Below are positions 19,809 to 26,614 of a DNA stretch of 64,000 nt, one piece after another. Origin of the DNA: Acinetobacter phage ABPH49; the sequence record MH533020.1, one strand, 5' to 3'. Each line of letters starts with the position of its first letter. Position 1 is the first letter of the stretch. The translations under genes and the position numbers were made by a program. Below the pieces are notes generated by a model, which was not told the origin of the DNA, searched no databases, and saw nothing but the letters and a program-made list of their open reading frames with translations.

Positions 19809-20199
19809 TTCTCCCCCAGTGACTCGTTGTATACGTCGATGAATCGTGTATCGATGGTCTTTTTCTTACCGGCGTCAGAGGCAGCGAACTCTGCCTGCTT
19901 CTTCGCAGTGTCCTTGTCCATCTGGTCAATCAACTTCTGTTTCTCTTCGGTTCTGGCACGCAGAGCAGCTGACAGGAGGGAGTTCTCAATGAACTTGCTG
20001 TCGATCTCTGTCTGCATCTTAGTACGCTTCTGCTCCCAAACTTGCTCTGAGGTCTGGTAACCTTTGTCGTAGGCTCATGCTCGAGGTGGCTGATATACAT
20101 CTTGCCTCCGAACACCAATGCCAACGCCAGACCGGCGACGATCAGGTATTTCCTGTACGTCGAGATCAGGCCGAGGATAAACTTCATGATGGTCTTCAT
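19805..20199 (-). pseudogene. i-spanin (Rz-like) split by apparent single-base deletion near 20072-20077
   Basis: N-terminal TM ORF (20199-19930) and coiled-coil ORF (20017-19805) are in frames -1 apart; coiled-coil frame open up to TGA at 20075-20077. Confidence 0.5.
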
Positions 20200-20257
20200 T
20201 GTGAGATCTCTTTTGTTGTTGGTTCAAATATGTTATCGTCTTTTGTTCACTTTCGCA

Positions 20258-20291
20258 ACAAACAAAAAGGCCCTCCGGGTTAGGGAGGGCC
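20258..20291 (-). terminator. rho-independent terminator at end of tRNA array transcript
   Basis: GGCCCTCC-ctaaccc-GGAGGGCC + T-run on minus strand. Confidence 0.55.
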
Positions 20292-20331
20292 GAGGCGAAG
20301 GAGAGGAGATATCTCTATTCTTATTGTAATT

Positions 20332-20408
20332 TGGCAAGGGTAGAGGGAGTCGAACCCGTCTCAGCATGGTTTTGGAGGCCAGCGGCGTCACCCAGACGCT
20401 TACCCTAA
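20332..20408 (-). tRNA. tRNA-like element (possible pseudo-tRNA)
   Basis: GGTTCGACTCC T-loop-like motif and CCA end, but T-stem and anticodon arm do not fold canonically by hand. Confidence 0.2.
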
Positions 20409-20414
20409 CTGAAG

Positions 20415-20491
20415 TGGTTGCGAGAGCCGGATTTGAACCGGCGACCACGGGAGTATGAACCCCGCATTCTTGACCGCTGAACTATCTCGCA
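20415..20491 (-). tRNA. tRNA-Met (anticodon CAT; could be Ile2)
   Basis: hand fold: 7-bp acceptor TGCGAGA/TCTCGCA, D-arm GTTC..GAAT, anticodon loop TTCATAC, T-loop GGTTCAAATCC, CCA encoded. Confidence 0.75.
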
Positions 20492-20584
20492 ATTGTTTGG
20501 CATACCCAACAGGATCTTACCCTGTATTTCCCCAAGCACCTGCGTCTTGGCAGCGTCCTAGATTTAGACGATGGATATATTGTT

Positions 20585-20661
20585 TGGTGGGACCAAGAGG
20601 GATCGAACCTCTGACCTGTGGACTTTCAAACCACCGCTCTAACCAACTGAGCTACAGTCCC
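20585..20661 (-). tRNA. tRNA-Phe (GAA)
   Basis: acceptor GGGACTG/TGGTCCC, D-arm GCTC-AGTTGGTTA-GAGC, anticodon loop TTGAAAG, T-arm AGAGG-TTCGATC-CCTCT. Confidence 0.7.
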
Positions 20662-20666
20662 GATGA

Positions 20667-20750
20667 TGGTGGGCAAGGAGAGACTTGAACTCTCACACCT
20701 AAGGCGCTGGAACCTAAATCCAGTGCGTCTGCCAATTCCGCCACTTGCCC
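20667..20750 (-). tRNA. tRNA-Leu (TAG), type II
   Basis: acceptor GGGCAAG/CTTGCCC, anticodon stem CTGGA/TCCAG loop TTTAGGT, long variable arm, T-loop TTCAAGT. Confidence 0.75.
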
Positions 20751-20912
20751 GGATGCCTGCTTTGTGAACCTAACGACCCGCCTTAGCTGACCGCCCCGGT
20801 GCAGGACTTATTTGCGCTGGGGTCCGAAGAAATCCCAGCCTTGTATTGGTGCGGTACTAGTTAACAATTCTATTGGCGTACCAATTACCTCTCGCAACTT
20901 TCCCGCATTGTT

Positions 20913-20987
20913 TGGTCAGAGTGGAGAGGATCGAACTCCCGAGGACCTGTTCCCAAAACAGGTGGCATACCGCTTGCCGACACTCTG
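20913..20987 (-). tRNA. tRNA-Pro (TGG)
   Basis: anticodon stem CCTGT/ACAGG loop TTTGGGA, T-arm GGGAG-TTCGATC-CTCTC, CCA encoded. Confidence 0.7.
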
Positions 20988-21041
20988 ATGTGTTAGTGCC
21001 CAGAGACGAAAGATGTTCTTATTCGTATCTAAAGGCTAATG

Positions 21042-21117
21042 TGGCGGTCCTGACCAGATTCGAACTGGCGACTCCTGCGTGACAGGCAGGCATGTTTACC
21101 GCTAATACCACAGGACC
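21042..21117 (-). tRNA. tRNA-Asp (GTC)
   Basis: acceptor GGTCCTG/CAGGACC, anticodon stem CCTGC/GCAGG loop CTGTCAC, T-loop TTCGAAT. Confidence 0.75.
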
Positions 21118-21232
21118 GAGGTTGCCACACTGAGCAGTGGCTGCTGGACCTTTAACGTCTTCCGTCGACATCTCTCGCCGTTTTTATGAGCGCAGCGCTT
21201 GTTTCCCTGCACTTACCACACGACTCTGGATT

Positions 21233-21308
21233 TGGCGGATGGTGCTGGATTCGAACCAGCTATCCTTGGCTTAACAGGCCACCGCATGTCCGTATATGCT
21301 CACCATCC
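21233..21308 (-). tRNA. tRNA-Asn (GTT)
   Basis: acceptor GGATGGT/ACCATCC, anticodon loop CTGTTAA, T-arm GCTGG-TTCGAAT-CCAGC. Confidence 0.7.
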
Positions 21309-21312
21309 AATT

Positions 21313-21387
21313 TGGTGGGTCGTGGAAGATTCGAACTTCCGATGTACGGTTTAAAAGACCGCTACCTTACCGCTTGGTCAACGACCC
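21313..21387 (-). tRNA. tRNA-Lys (TTT)
   Basis: acceptor GGGTCGT/ACGACCC, anticodon stem GCGGT/ACCGT loop CTTTTAA, T-loop TTCGAAT. Confidence 0.75.
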
Positions 21388-21801
21388 AAACTCAATATTC
21401 AAGACCCCAGCGTGGACCTTCCTGTGGCAATTTGATCACAAGATGACGCATTTTGAAATCTCTTCTTTAACTCTGGCAAGTCCGTAATTCAACATGCCTG
21501 AAATGTTACCTTCCTTCTCCGAAGGATCAAGGTGGTGGAAATCCAACGTACAAGGCTCTTTCTCGGAGCAGACTGAACAACCGCCTGCTTTAACAGATGC
21601 AACATATTCAACGCAACGAGCGCGGGATGCATCGTTATTCCGCATAATCCTAGCCCTGTGGGAAGGATCGTCCTTATATCTGTCGTTGTTTCTCTTCTTA
21701 GTGCACAACCGGCACCAATTCTGAAGACCATCCTTGTTGCTAGAGTTCTTATTGAACTCAGACTCATCTTTATCTTCGGAGCAGCGTCTGCAATGCTTCA
21801 T
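21367..21801 (-). pseudogene. HNH homing endonuclease interrupted by in-frame TGA at a conserved Cys codon (ORF track: 21436-21801; frame continues to 21367)
   Basis: CSVC...LDFHHLDPSEKEGN...KCVIL-TGA-SNCHRKVH: HNH zinc-finger motif continues in frame past the stop; located inside tRNA array, extended frame overlaps tRNA-Lys by about 20 nt. Confidence 0.55.
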
Positions 21802-21822
21802 CAGATCTCCTCCTCTTTGTTT

Positions 21823-21910
21823 TGGAGGAAGATAACAGAGTCGAACTGTCGCCGCTCTCGCAACGGGCCGGGGTTCAAATCCGGTTGCGTACCACTACGC
21901 CCTATCTTCC
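21823..21910 (-). tRNA. tRNA-Ser (TGA), type II
   Basis: acceptor GGAAGAT/ATCTTCC, anticodon loop TTTGAAC, 17-nt variable arm, T-arm ACAG-TTCGACT-CTGT. Confidence 0.65.
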
Positions 21911-21914
21911 AAAT

Positions 21915-21991
21915 TGGGGTGGCTTGTGGAATTCGAATCCACATAGGCCTGCCTCACAAGCAGGATCATTAACCAATTATGATAAAGCCAC
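21915..21991 (-). tRNA. tRNA-His (GTG)
   Basis: acceptor GTGGCTT/AAGCCAC with discriminator C, anticodon stem CCTGC/GCAGG loop TTGTGAG, T-arm GTGGA-TTCGAAT-TCCAC. Confidence 0.75.
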
Positions 21992-22063
21992 ATTTGAGCA
22001 TTCTCCTGCCAAGCGCCATCAGGGTTTCCCCATCCATCATCAAGGCCCAAAAACGCTCATATC

Positions 22064-22139
22064 TGGCTGGGAGTGGTGGATTCGAACCACCGATACCGAT
22101 TTCAAAGACCGGGGCATTAGGCCTCTATGCTAACTCCCA
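22064..22139 (-). tRNA. tRNA-Gln (TTG)
   Basis: acceptor TGGGAGT/ACTCCCA, D-arm GCAT..ATGC, anticodon loop CTTTGAA, T-loop TTCGAAT. Confidence 0.7.
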
Positions 22140-22288
22140 ATTGTATGAGTGCAGAGAGGAGGAGTCGCACCTCCATGCCGTGGGGCCAATCACGACAGTC
22201 ACCATCAGGCGGTTAATCCAATAATCGCATATCAACCGTGCACAGTATCAATACTTTCTGGATGCCGCGTTGCGACCTCTGCGTTGTT

Positions 22289-22359
22289 TGGAGCGGATAG
22301 AGGGATTCGAACCCTCACTACACAGCTTGGAAGGCTGGCGACACACCTTGTGCATACCC
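22289..22359 (-). tRNA. tRNA-Gly (TCC), short D-arm
   Basis: acceptor GCGGGTA/TATCCGC, anticodon loop CTTCCAA, T-arm GAGGG-TTCGAAT-CCCTC; only 71 nt with a reduced D-loop. Confidence 0.55.
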
Positions 22360-22532
22360 GCTTAAATTCTCTTTCGTACCACATCATCGGACCAGTTAAA
22401 TGGTTAATCGCTCACTGGCGTCCCAGATCACTTTCCCCACCTGTTAGTGTCAGTAACCGGAGATCAGCCCGGCACTATGCACCATCCAATGATATGGTCG
22501 GAAGAGAACTTCTCTTCTTTTGTCTGGTGCCA

Positions 22533-22693
22533 TTACAAAGTATACAGACGATTCAACATCTCCGCTGTTGGCACATGAGAAAGGCGTTGTTTTTCAAACT
22601 CCTCTTCCAGACCTTTGAAACGCTCACGTATGCGCTTCTTGTCTTCGTCAGTAAGCACCACTGGTTCTTTAGAGATATCCAGTAGCTCTTGCA
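22533..22693 (-). CDS. small hypothetical protein within tRNA array
   Basis: about 53 aa ORF with AAGGAGA RBS 8 nt before GTG; helical, charged. Confidence 0.35.
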
Positions 22694-22711
22694 AAGTAAT
22701 CACCAAGATGG

Positions 22712-22786
22712 TCTCCTTAATTGGTACTCCTACCGAGGATCGAACTCGGATTTCCAGATTGAAAGTCTGGCGGCCTAGCCATTAGC
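22712..22786 (-). tRNA. tRNA-Glu (TTC)
   Basis: anticodon stem CCAGA/TCTGG loop CTTTCAA, T-arm CCGAG-TTCGATC-CTCGG. Confidence 0.7.
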
Positions 22787-22793
22787 CGATAGG

Positions 22794-22868
22794 AGCATTA
22801 ATTTGGTTGGGGATGCTGGATTCGAACCAGCGACCTGACCCTTATCAAGAGCCTGCTCTACCACTGAG
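22794..22868 (-). tRNA. tRNA-Ile (GAT)
   Basis: acceptor TGGGGAT/ATCCCCA, D-arm GCTC-AGTGGTA-GAGC, anticodon loop TTGATAA, T-arm GCTGG-TTCGAAT-CCAGC. Confidence 0.75.
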
Positions 22869-22875
22869 CTAATCC

Positions 22876-22963
22876 CCAATTGTTCTGGCGGAAGATGAAG
22901 GATTTGAACCTTCGGGACCCATCAGGATCCTACTCCTTAGCAGGGAGCTGCATTACCGCTCTG
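22876..22963 (-). tRNA. tRNA-Ser (GCT), type II
   Basis: acceptor GGAAGAT/ATCTTCC, anticodon stem GCTCC/GGAGT loop CTGCTAA, 18-nt variable arm, T-loop TTCAAAT. Confidence 0.75.
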
Positions 22964-23124
22964 CCAATCTTCCAGTATTCTTTATGTTCGTCGGCTTGCA
23001 TCTTTCAGCGTCGCATGGAGAGAGCCGTCTCTTTATCCATACCGAATTGGGTGCCCCTGTGCATCAGAACTGTTGAGTGGGTGTTTCCAGCCGCGCAGGT
23101 GTTCCTCATTTTAGGGGCATTGTT

Positions 23125-23204
23125 TGGTGCACCGTGATGGAGTCGAACCACCCGAGTCATCTCTGACAGCAGATTTACAGTCTGCCCCGCTACCCCTACG
23201 GTCT
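23125..23204 (-). tRNA. tRNA-Tyr-like (GTA), type II, imperfect 5' half
   Basis: perfect anticodon arm GCAGA-CTGTAAA-TCTGC, variable arm, T-arm GGTGG-TTCGACT-CCATC, 3' ACGGTGC-A-CCA; 5' acceptor strand pairs only 5 of 7. Confidence 0.4.
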
Positions 23205-23282
23205 AACAATGCATTGTCCTCACTTATAGCTGAGCAAGTGATCCTTCTCAGTTATAAGTGGCCTCTTTCGAGGCACACTTTA

Positions 23283-23654
23283 TTAATCTTCACCTTCCGC
23301 CATCTTATACTCACGAATCTGAGTTGTCAATGGCATTTTCGACATATCCATCTGAGTGTTGTGAGCGTCAGAACTTGCCGAGGCAGTACCTCCGGCGTCC
23401 TTATCCTCATTCTCCTCGGTGATATACGCCGCTTGAGCAGTTTGAGCTTGCTCAATGATGAATTTAGATGTTGTCTCACGAACTTTTTCAGATTCTGCGA
23501 CAAGCAATGACTTCAACGTCTTCAAAGCTTCCGGTACAAGATCTGCAATACCGGCCTTCAGGTCGAGCATTGCTTTATCCATCTTAATAGCAACGGATTC
23601 CTCGGCCCTTGGTCGCCCACGTCGCCGTGTGACAATAGCAGCCTTTGTTGCCAT
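23283..23654 (-). CDS. AT-hook-like DNA-binding protein
   Basis: MATKAAIVTRRRGRPRAEE (RGRP AT-hook core), acidic C-terminus; AGGAG RBS; ORF track lists longer 23283-23696. Confidence 0.4.
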   Translation of the reverse strand: MATKAAIVTRRRGRPRAEESVAIKMDKAMLDLKAGIADLVPEALKTLKSLLVAESEKVRETTSKFIIEQAQTAQAAYITEENEDKDAGGTASASSDAHNTQMDMSKMPLTTQIREYKMAEGED

Positions 23655-23772
23655 GTCTAAGCTCCTGTTTAATAAGCGATGTATCCATCTTACCATCGTT
23701 TATCAAGTATTGCAAGAGCTTTTTAACATTGAAACAAAAAAGCCCCTGTCAGAAGACAAGGGCTTTTAGATC

Positions 23773-24093
23773 TTACTTACGCTTGCCTTTTACAGGCGCT
23801 GCCGCTGGTGCTTCGACCTTTTGTGCCTTCATGGCGCGTTCGCGCTCACGGCGGGTCTTACCAGTACGGACACGGTGGGATACTTTCAGTACCTCTCCGC
23901 CGACAGCTTCAGACACTGACTCCCACTCGCCCTTACGGTGGTTGTAGCGCTGAACAGTGATGGTCTTGCCACCCAGACGCAGGTCTTTTACCGGCGAGTG
24001 GGTCTGAGTCGAATAGGACTCAAATTGGAACGGATGGATGATCGCATCAATCGCGGACACTTTCTTATTCGCTTGGTTCTTAGCCATTACCAT
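23773..24093 (-). CDS. hypothetical basic protein (Lys/Arg-rich C-terminus)
   Basis: about 107 aa; GAAGGAGAAA RBS; immediately downstream of minus-strand promoter 24143-24171. Confidence 0.4.
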   Translation of the reverse strand: MVMAKNQANKKVSAIDAIIHPFQFESYSTQTHSPVKDLRLGGKTITVQRYNHRKGEWESVSEAVGGEVLKVSHRVRTGKTRRERERAMKAQKVEAPAAAPVKGKRK

Positions 24094-24142
24094 TTCTCCT
24101 TCATCAATGAAAACAATCAACTATGTCCAACTCAGTAATTCT

Positions 24143-24171
24143 ATCTTACATTTGACTTGATTCTTTGTCAA
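24143..24171 (-). promoter_or_regulatory. sigma70-like promoter TTGACA-N17-TAAGAT (minus strand)
   Basis: read on minus strand between tRNA-Leu(CAA) and 23773-24093. Confidence 0.5.
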
Positions 24172-24192
24172 TGTAATTTTTAAAAATTTATT

Positions 24193-24279
24193 TGGTGCGG
24201 GATGTGGGACTCGAACCCACAGAGCCGAAGCTCACCAGCGTTTGAAACTGGCGTGTACTGCCGATACCACCAATCCCGC
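24193..24279 (-). tRNA. tRNA-Leu (CAA), type II
   Basis: acceptor GCGGGAT/ATCCCGC, anticodon stem CCAGT/GCTGG loop TTCAAAC, variable arm TGAGCTTCGGCTC, T-arm TGTGGGTTCGAGTCCCACA. Confidence 0.65.
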
Positions 24280-24584
24280 AATTAAGTTGAGCAGAGGACG
24301 TATGCTCATGGGCTGACAACCCTTTTCGTCCAGCATGTCCCTCACGGGACGTCGGCGAGAGGCGCTGTGTATCCGCCTGAACTATCCGCAGCCAAAATGC
24401 TCACGGACCTTTCTCGCCCACCCGATCAGTTGTCATCCTGAACAGGGAACTCTTGAATAATGCCGGGACCCGATTATTTCATTCCGCCTTCCGCTACATT
24501 CGGGTCAAGATGCGCCATCTGGGTCGGGGTTGACCGCTTCCACTCCTCGTCGTACAACGGCTTCACGGGAGTCGTGTGGAAAAT

Positions 24585-24660
24585 TGGAGCAACGTACTGG
24601 ACTTGAACCAGTGAACACCTCATTTGCAGTGAGAGCCGTTACCAACTCCGGCAACGTTGC
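24585..24660 (-). tRNA. tRNA-Cys (GCA)
   Basis: acceptor GCAACGT/ACGTTGC, D-arm CCGG-AGTTGGTAA-CGGC, anticodon loop CTGCAAA, T-arm ACTGG-TTCAAGT-CCAGT. Confidence 0.75.
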
Positions 24661-24847
24661 ATATTTTAGGGGTGGTGACATCAGGGCGGGGTCCCGCTAC
24701 CTGACCGGAGGTTCGAACTCCGTTAACCTTACCAGTCACCACTTTGTGTTAAGGCCCTATTACTTACCGTCCCATTGTATCGCAACTCCGGGCTTATTGA
24801 TTATCAGGCGGCTATGACTACCTCTTCCTGAACGGCATTGTTTGGCT

Positions 24848-25078
24848 TCACTTTCCCGACCTTTCGTATTTTTCTCTTCTTTTTGCCGGGTCGTACCTTC
24901 GTGAGTATGTTTCAGACATGAATTCAGAACACTTTTCGCATCTGCACCCACGCTTATACTTTCTTTCCGTTCCACATTGGGATACTGTGCTTCTTCTTGC
25001 ACGTGTGTTACAGGAAAGGTGGCTGAAAGATATGTTATCAAGATCAAAGAACATACCTTTTGGGTCTTTACTGTCCAA
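24848..25078 (-). CDS. small Cys-rich hypothetical protein
   Basis: 76 aa with CxxxxC...CRCEKC; weak RBS; lies in low-coding stretch of tRNA array. Confidence 0.25.
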   Translation of the reverse strand: MDSKDPKGMFFDLDNISFSHLSCNTRARRSTVSQCGTERKYKRGCRCEKCSEFMSETYSRRYDPAKRREKYERSGK

Positions 25079-25265
25079 CCACGGAACCTTGTGCTCTATT
25101 GAAAATAGTATCCCTGCTCATAGGCAGGCCGCAATGGAAACAAAGGTTATTACCAGAATCCTCTATCATTTTCCATAGAATATCCTTTACTAATCTGTTA
25201 GATGCTGTACCTATAGACATCCCTAGCTGATCTTTCTTTTTATCCACGAAAATTCATCCTTGTAA

Positions 25266-25342
<77 letters not shown>

Positions 25343-25409
25343 TATGTTATCTAAGAGCACCATACTACATATTCTGTTTTTAACTGTCAAGAACTTTTTA
25401 AAATTTATT

Positions 25410-25483
25410 TGGTGCTGGTTGACGGAATCGAACCGCCTTAGGTGCATTACAAGTGCACTGCATCTCCAGTGTGCTAAACCAGC
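25410..25483 (-). tRNA. tRNA-Thr (TGT)
   Basis: acceptor GCTGGTT/AACCAGC, anticodon stem GTGCA/TGCAC loop CTTGTAA, T-arm GGCGG-TTCGATT-CCGTC. Confidence 0.7.
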
Positions 25484-25630
25484 ATAATGCCCCGTGGGTT
25501 ACGTAAACGGATATTCAAACTCTCCGCCAGTGGTTCCGCGCCGAGGACTTGTGGGGTGCACAGCACTCAGGTCCGCCTTCTGGGGTTGGTGCCTCTGTAC
25601 AGCCTGAGTTGCCTCCACTTCATGTTTCAC

Positions 25631-25660
25631 ATCCTACTTGTTGTGTATTGCTATGTCAAG
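25631..25660 (-). promoter_or_regulatory. sigma70-like promoter TTGACA-N18-TAGGAT driving tRNA array (minus strand)
   Basis: consensus -35 and good -10 read on minus strand, just upstream of tRNA-Thr. Confidence 0.55.
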
Positions 25661-25668
25661 GGGTAATT

Positions 25669-25818
25669 TTAACTAATTTCCTCAGGAATGATATTTTCCC
25701 CTTCGTACTGCTCTTCTGTTTGCTTATCGTGAGCAACAAGCCAGTCGCGGAGCGATGTGGCTACTTCTTCTTCCGTCGTGGCCTTCTTCAGGTCAACGAT
25801 CAAGTCTTCAACTGTCAT
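25669..25818 (-). CDS. small acidic hypothetical protein
   Basis: 49 aa MTVEDLIVDLKKATTEEEVATSLRDWLVAHDKQTEEQYEGENIIPEEIS; the listed plus-strand ORF here is its antisense. Confidence 0.35.
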   Translation of the reverse strand: MTVEDLIVDLKKATTEEEVATSLRDWLVAHDKQTEEQYEGENIIPEEIS

Positions 25819-26075
25819 TCTGTTTTCCCGCTGATTGTGAGTCGATAACGTGATGTCCGATCTTCCTCGTTGGGGTAGAAGTAATATAGCCTGCGGCCAT
25901 TACCGAAATCAAGAGGGAGTTGCCAGCTTTCGAGTGGGAAACCTACGGTGGAGAATGCGAGGTCGTCCGCTTCATCAAAAGCATCATCGAACGAGTGGTG
26001 ACTGGAGGTGTGTTCTGTTGTTGTGCCGTCGGGAGTTACGTAGTTGAGGGACAACTGGAATTTATCATCGTGCAT
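25815..26075 (-). CDS. hypothetical protein
   Basis: 86 aa ORF, ATGA-coupled. Confidence 0.35.
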   Translation of the reverse strand: MHDDKFQLSLNYVTPDGTTTEHTSSHHSFDDAFDEADDLAFSTVGFPLESWQLPLDFGNGRRLYYFYPNEEDRTSRYRLTISGKTE

Positions 26076-26135
26076 AAGCCCTTCATTTGATTAATGGATT
26101 GGATGCTTCCATTTTATCGAAGGGCTGGTCGAATG

Positions 26136-26387
26136 TCAACGATGATCGGGCTTATTGACCACTATTGTGGCACCGTCTGCAAAACTGCCCACCGGCTCGC
26201 CGCAGATGTACAGCTTAACGCCTTTTGGTTGGTGAACTGTACGCTGGTATTCTTCCTGTGCGGCGTTTTCAGATGTTTGCGCCAGATACTCAAGCAAACC
26301 CTCGTCTCCAGAGTCTTGAGGCTCCTTGGAGCGGTCTGTGTGCACTGCTGCACGGTTGAAATCGTTCTTCGCTACCAGATTTCTCAT
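26136..26387 (-). CDS. hypothetical protein
   Basis: 83 aa ORF. Confidence 0.35.
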   Translation of the reverse strand: MRNLVAKNDFNRAAVHTDRSKEPQDSGDEGLLEYLAQTSENAAQEEYQRTVHQPKGVKLYICGEPVGSFADGATIVVNKPDHR

Positions 26388-26584
26388 TCTATCTCCTCAA
26401 CTTCATACGGGTACACTTCATAAAACTCCCCGTTGAACAAGACAAGCCAATAATCGACATTGCCGTGGTCATCAAGGATCTCTTCGTCGACGGTTAAGAT
26501 GTCTCCCTCTTTCGGACCTTTTCTGCCAGTCTCGATATCCCAGTCATCAACCATCTTCAGTTTATTTGCCATTTCCACCCCCAT
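26384..26584 (-). CDS. hypothetical protein
   Basis: 66 aa ORF overlapping downstream gene by ATGA. Confidence 0.35.
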   Translation of the reverse strand: MGVEMANKLKMVDDWDIETGRKGPKEGDILTVDEEILDDHGNVDYWLVLFNGEFYEVYPYEVEEIE

Positions 26585-26587
26585 GAG

Positions 26588-26610
26588 AAAAGCCGCCCGA
26601 AGGCGGCCTT
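26588..26610 (-). terminator. rho-independent terminator after nadV
   Basis: GGCCGCC-TTCG-GGCGGCT + T-run on minus strand. Confidence 0.55.
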
Positions 26611-26614
26611 GATT

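Noticed and set aside
20752-20912. Possible additional tRNA between tRNA-Leu(TAG) and tRNA-Pro
   Set aside because: Only a 60-nt hairpin ending in CCA (GGTAC...GTACCGCACCA) was found; there is no T-loop or cloverleaf.
21436-21438. TGA in the HNH gene as selenocysteine recoding
   Set aside because: No Sec-tRNA or SECIS-like element was identified and the gene is a mobile endonuclease; nonsense mutation or pseudogene is more parsimonious.
20455-23510. Plus-strand ORFs inside the tRNA array (20455-20688, 20873-21082, 21186-21446, 21658-22133, 22149-22685, 22880-23137, 23124-23510)
   Set aside because: They run across multiple minus-strand tRNA genes, have no RBS and have biased junk composition.
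24690-24740. Plus-strand T-arm-like CGGAG-GTTCGAA-CTCCG followed by ...ACCA suggesting a plus-strand tRNA
   Set aside because: No acceptor-stem partner, D-arm or anticodon arm could be found on either strand; treated as an isolated hairpin or tRNA remnant.
25549-25848. Listed plus-strand ORF 25549-25848 (99 aa)
   Set aside because: Antisense to a better-supported 49-aa minus-strand ORF (25669-25818) and overlapping the tRNA promoter; hydrophobic junk composition.
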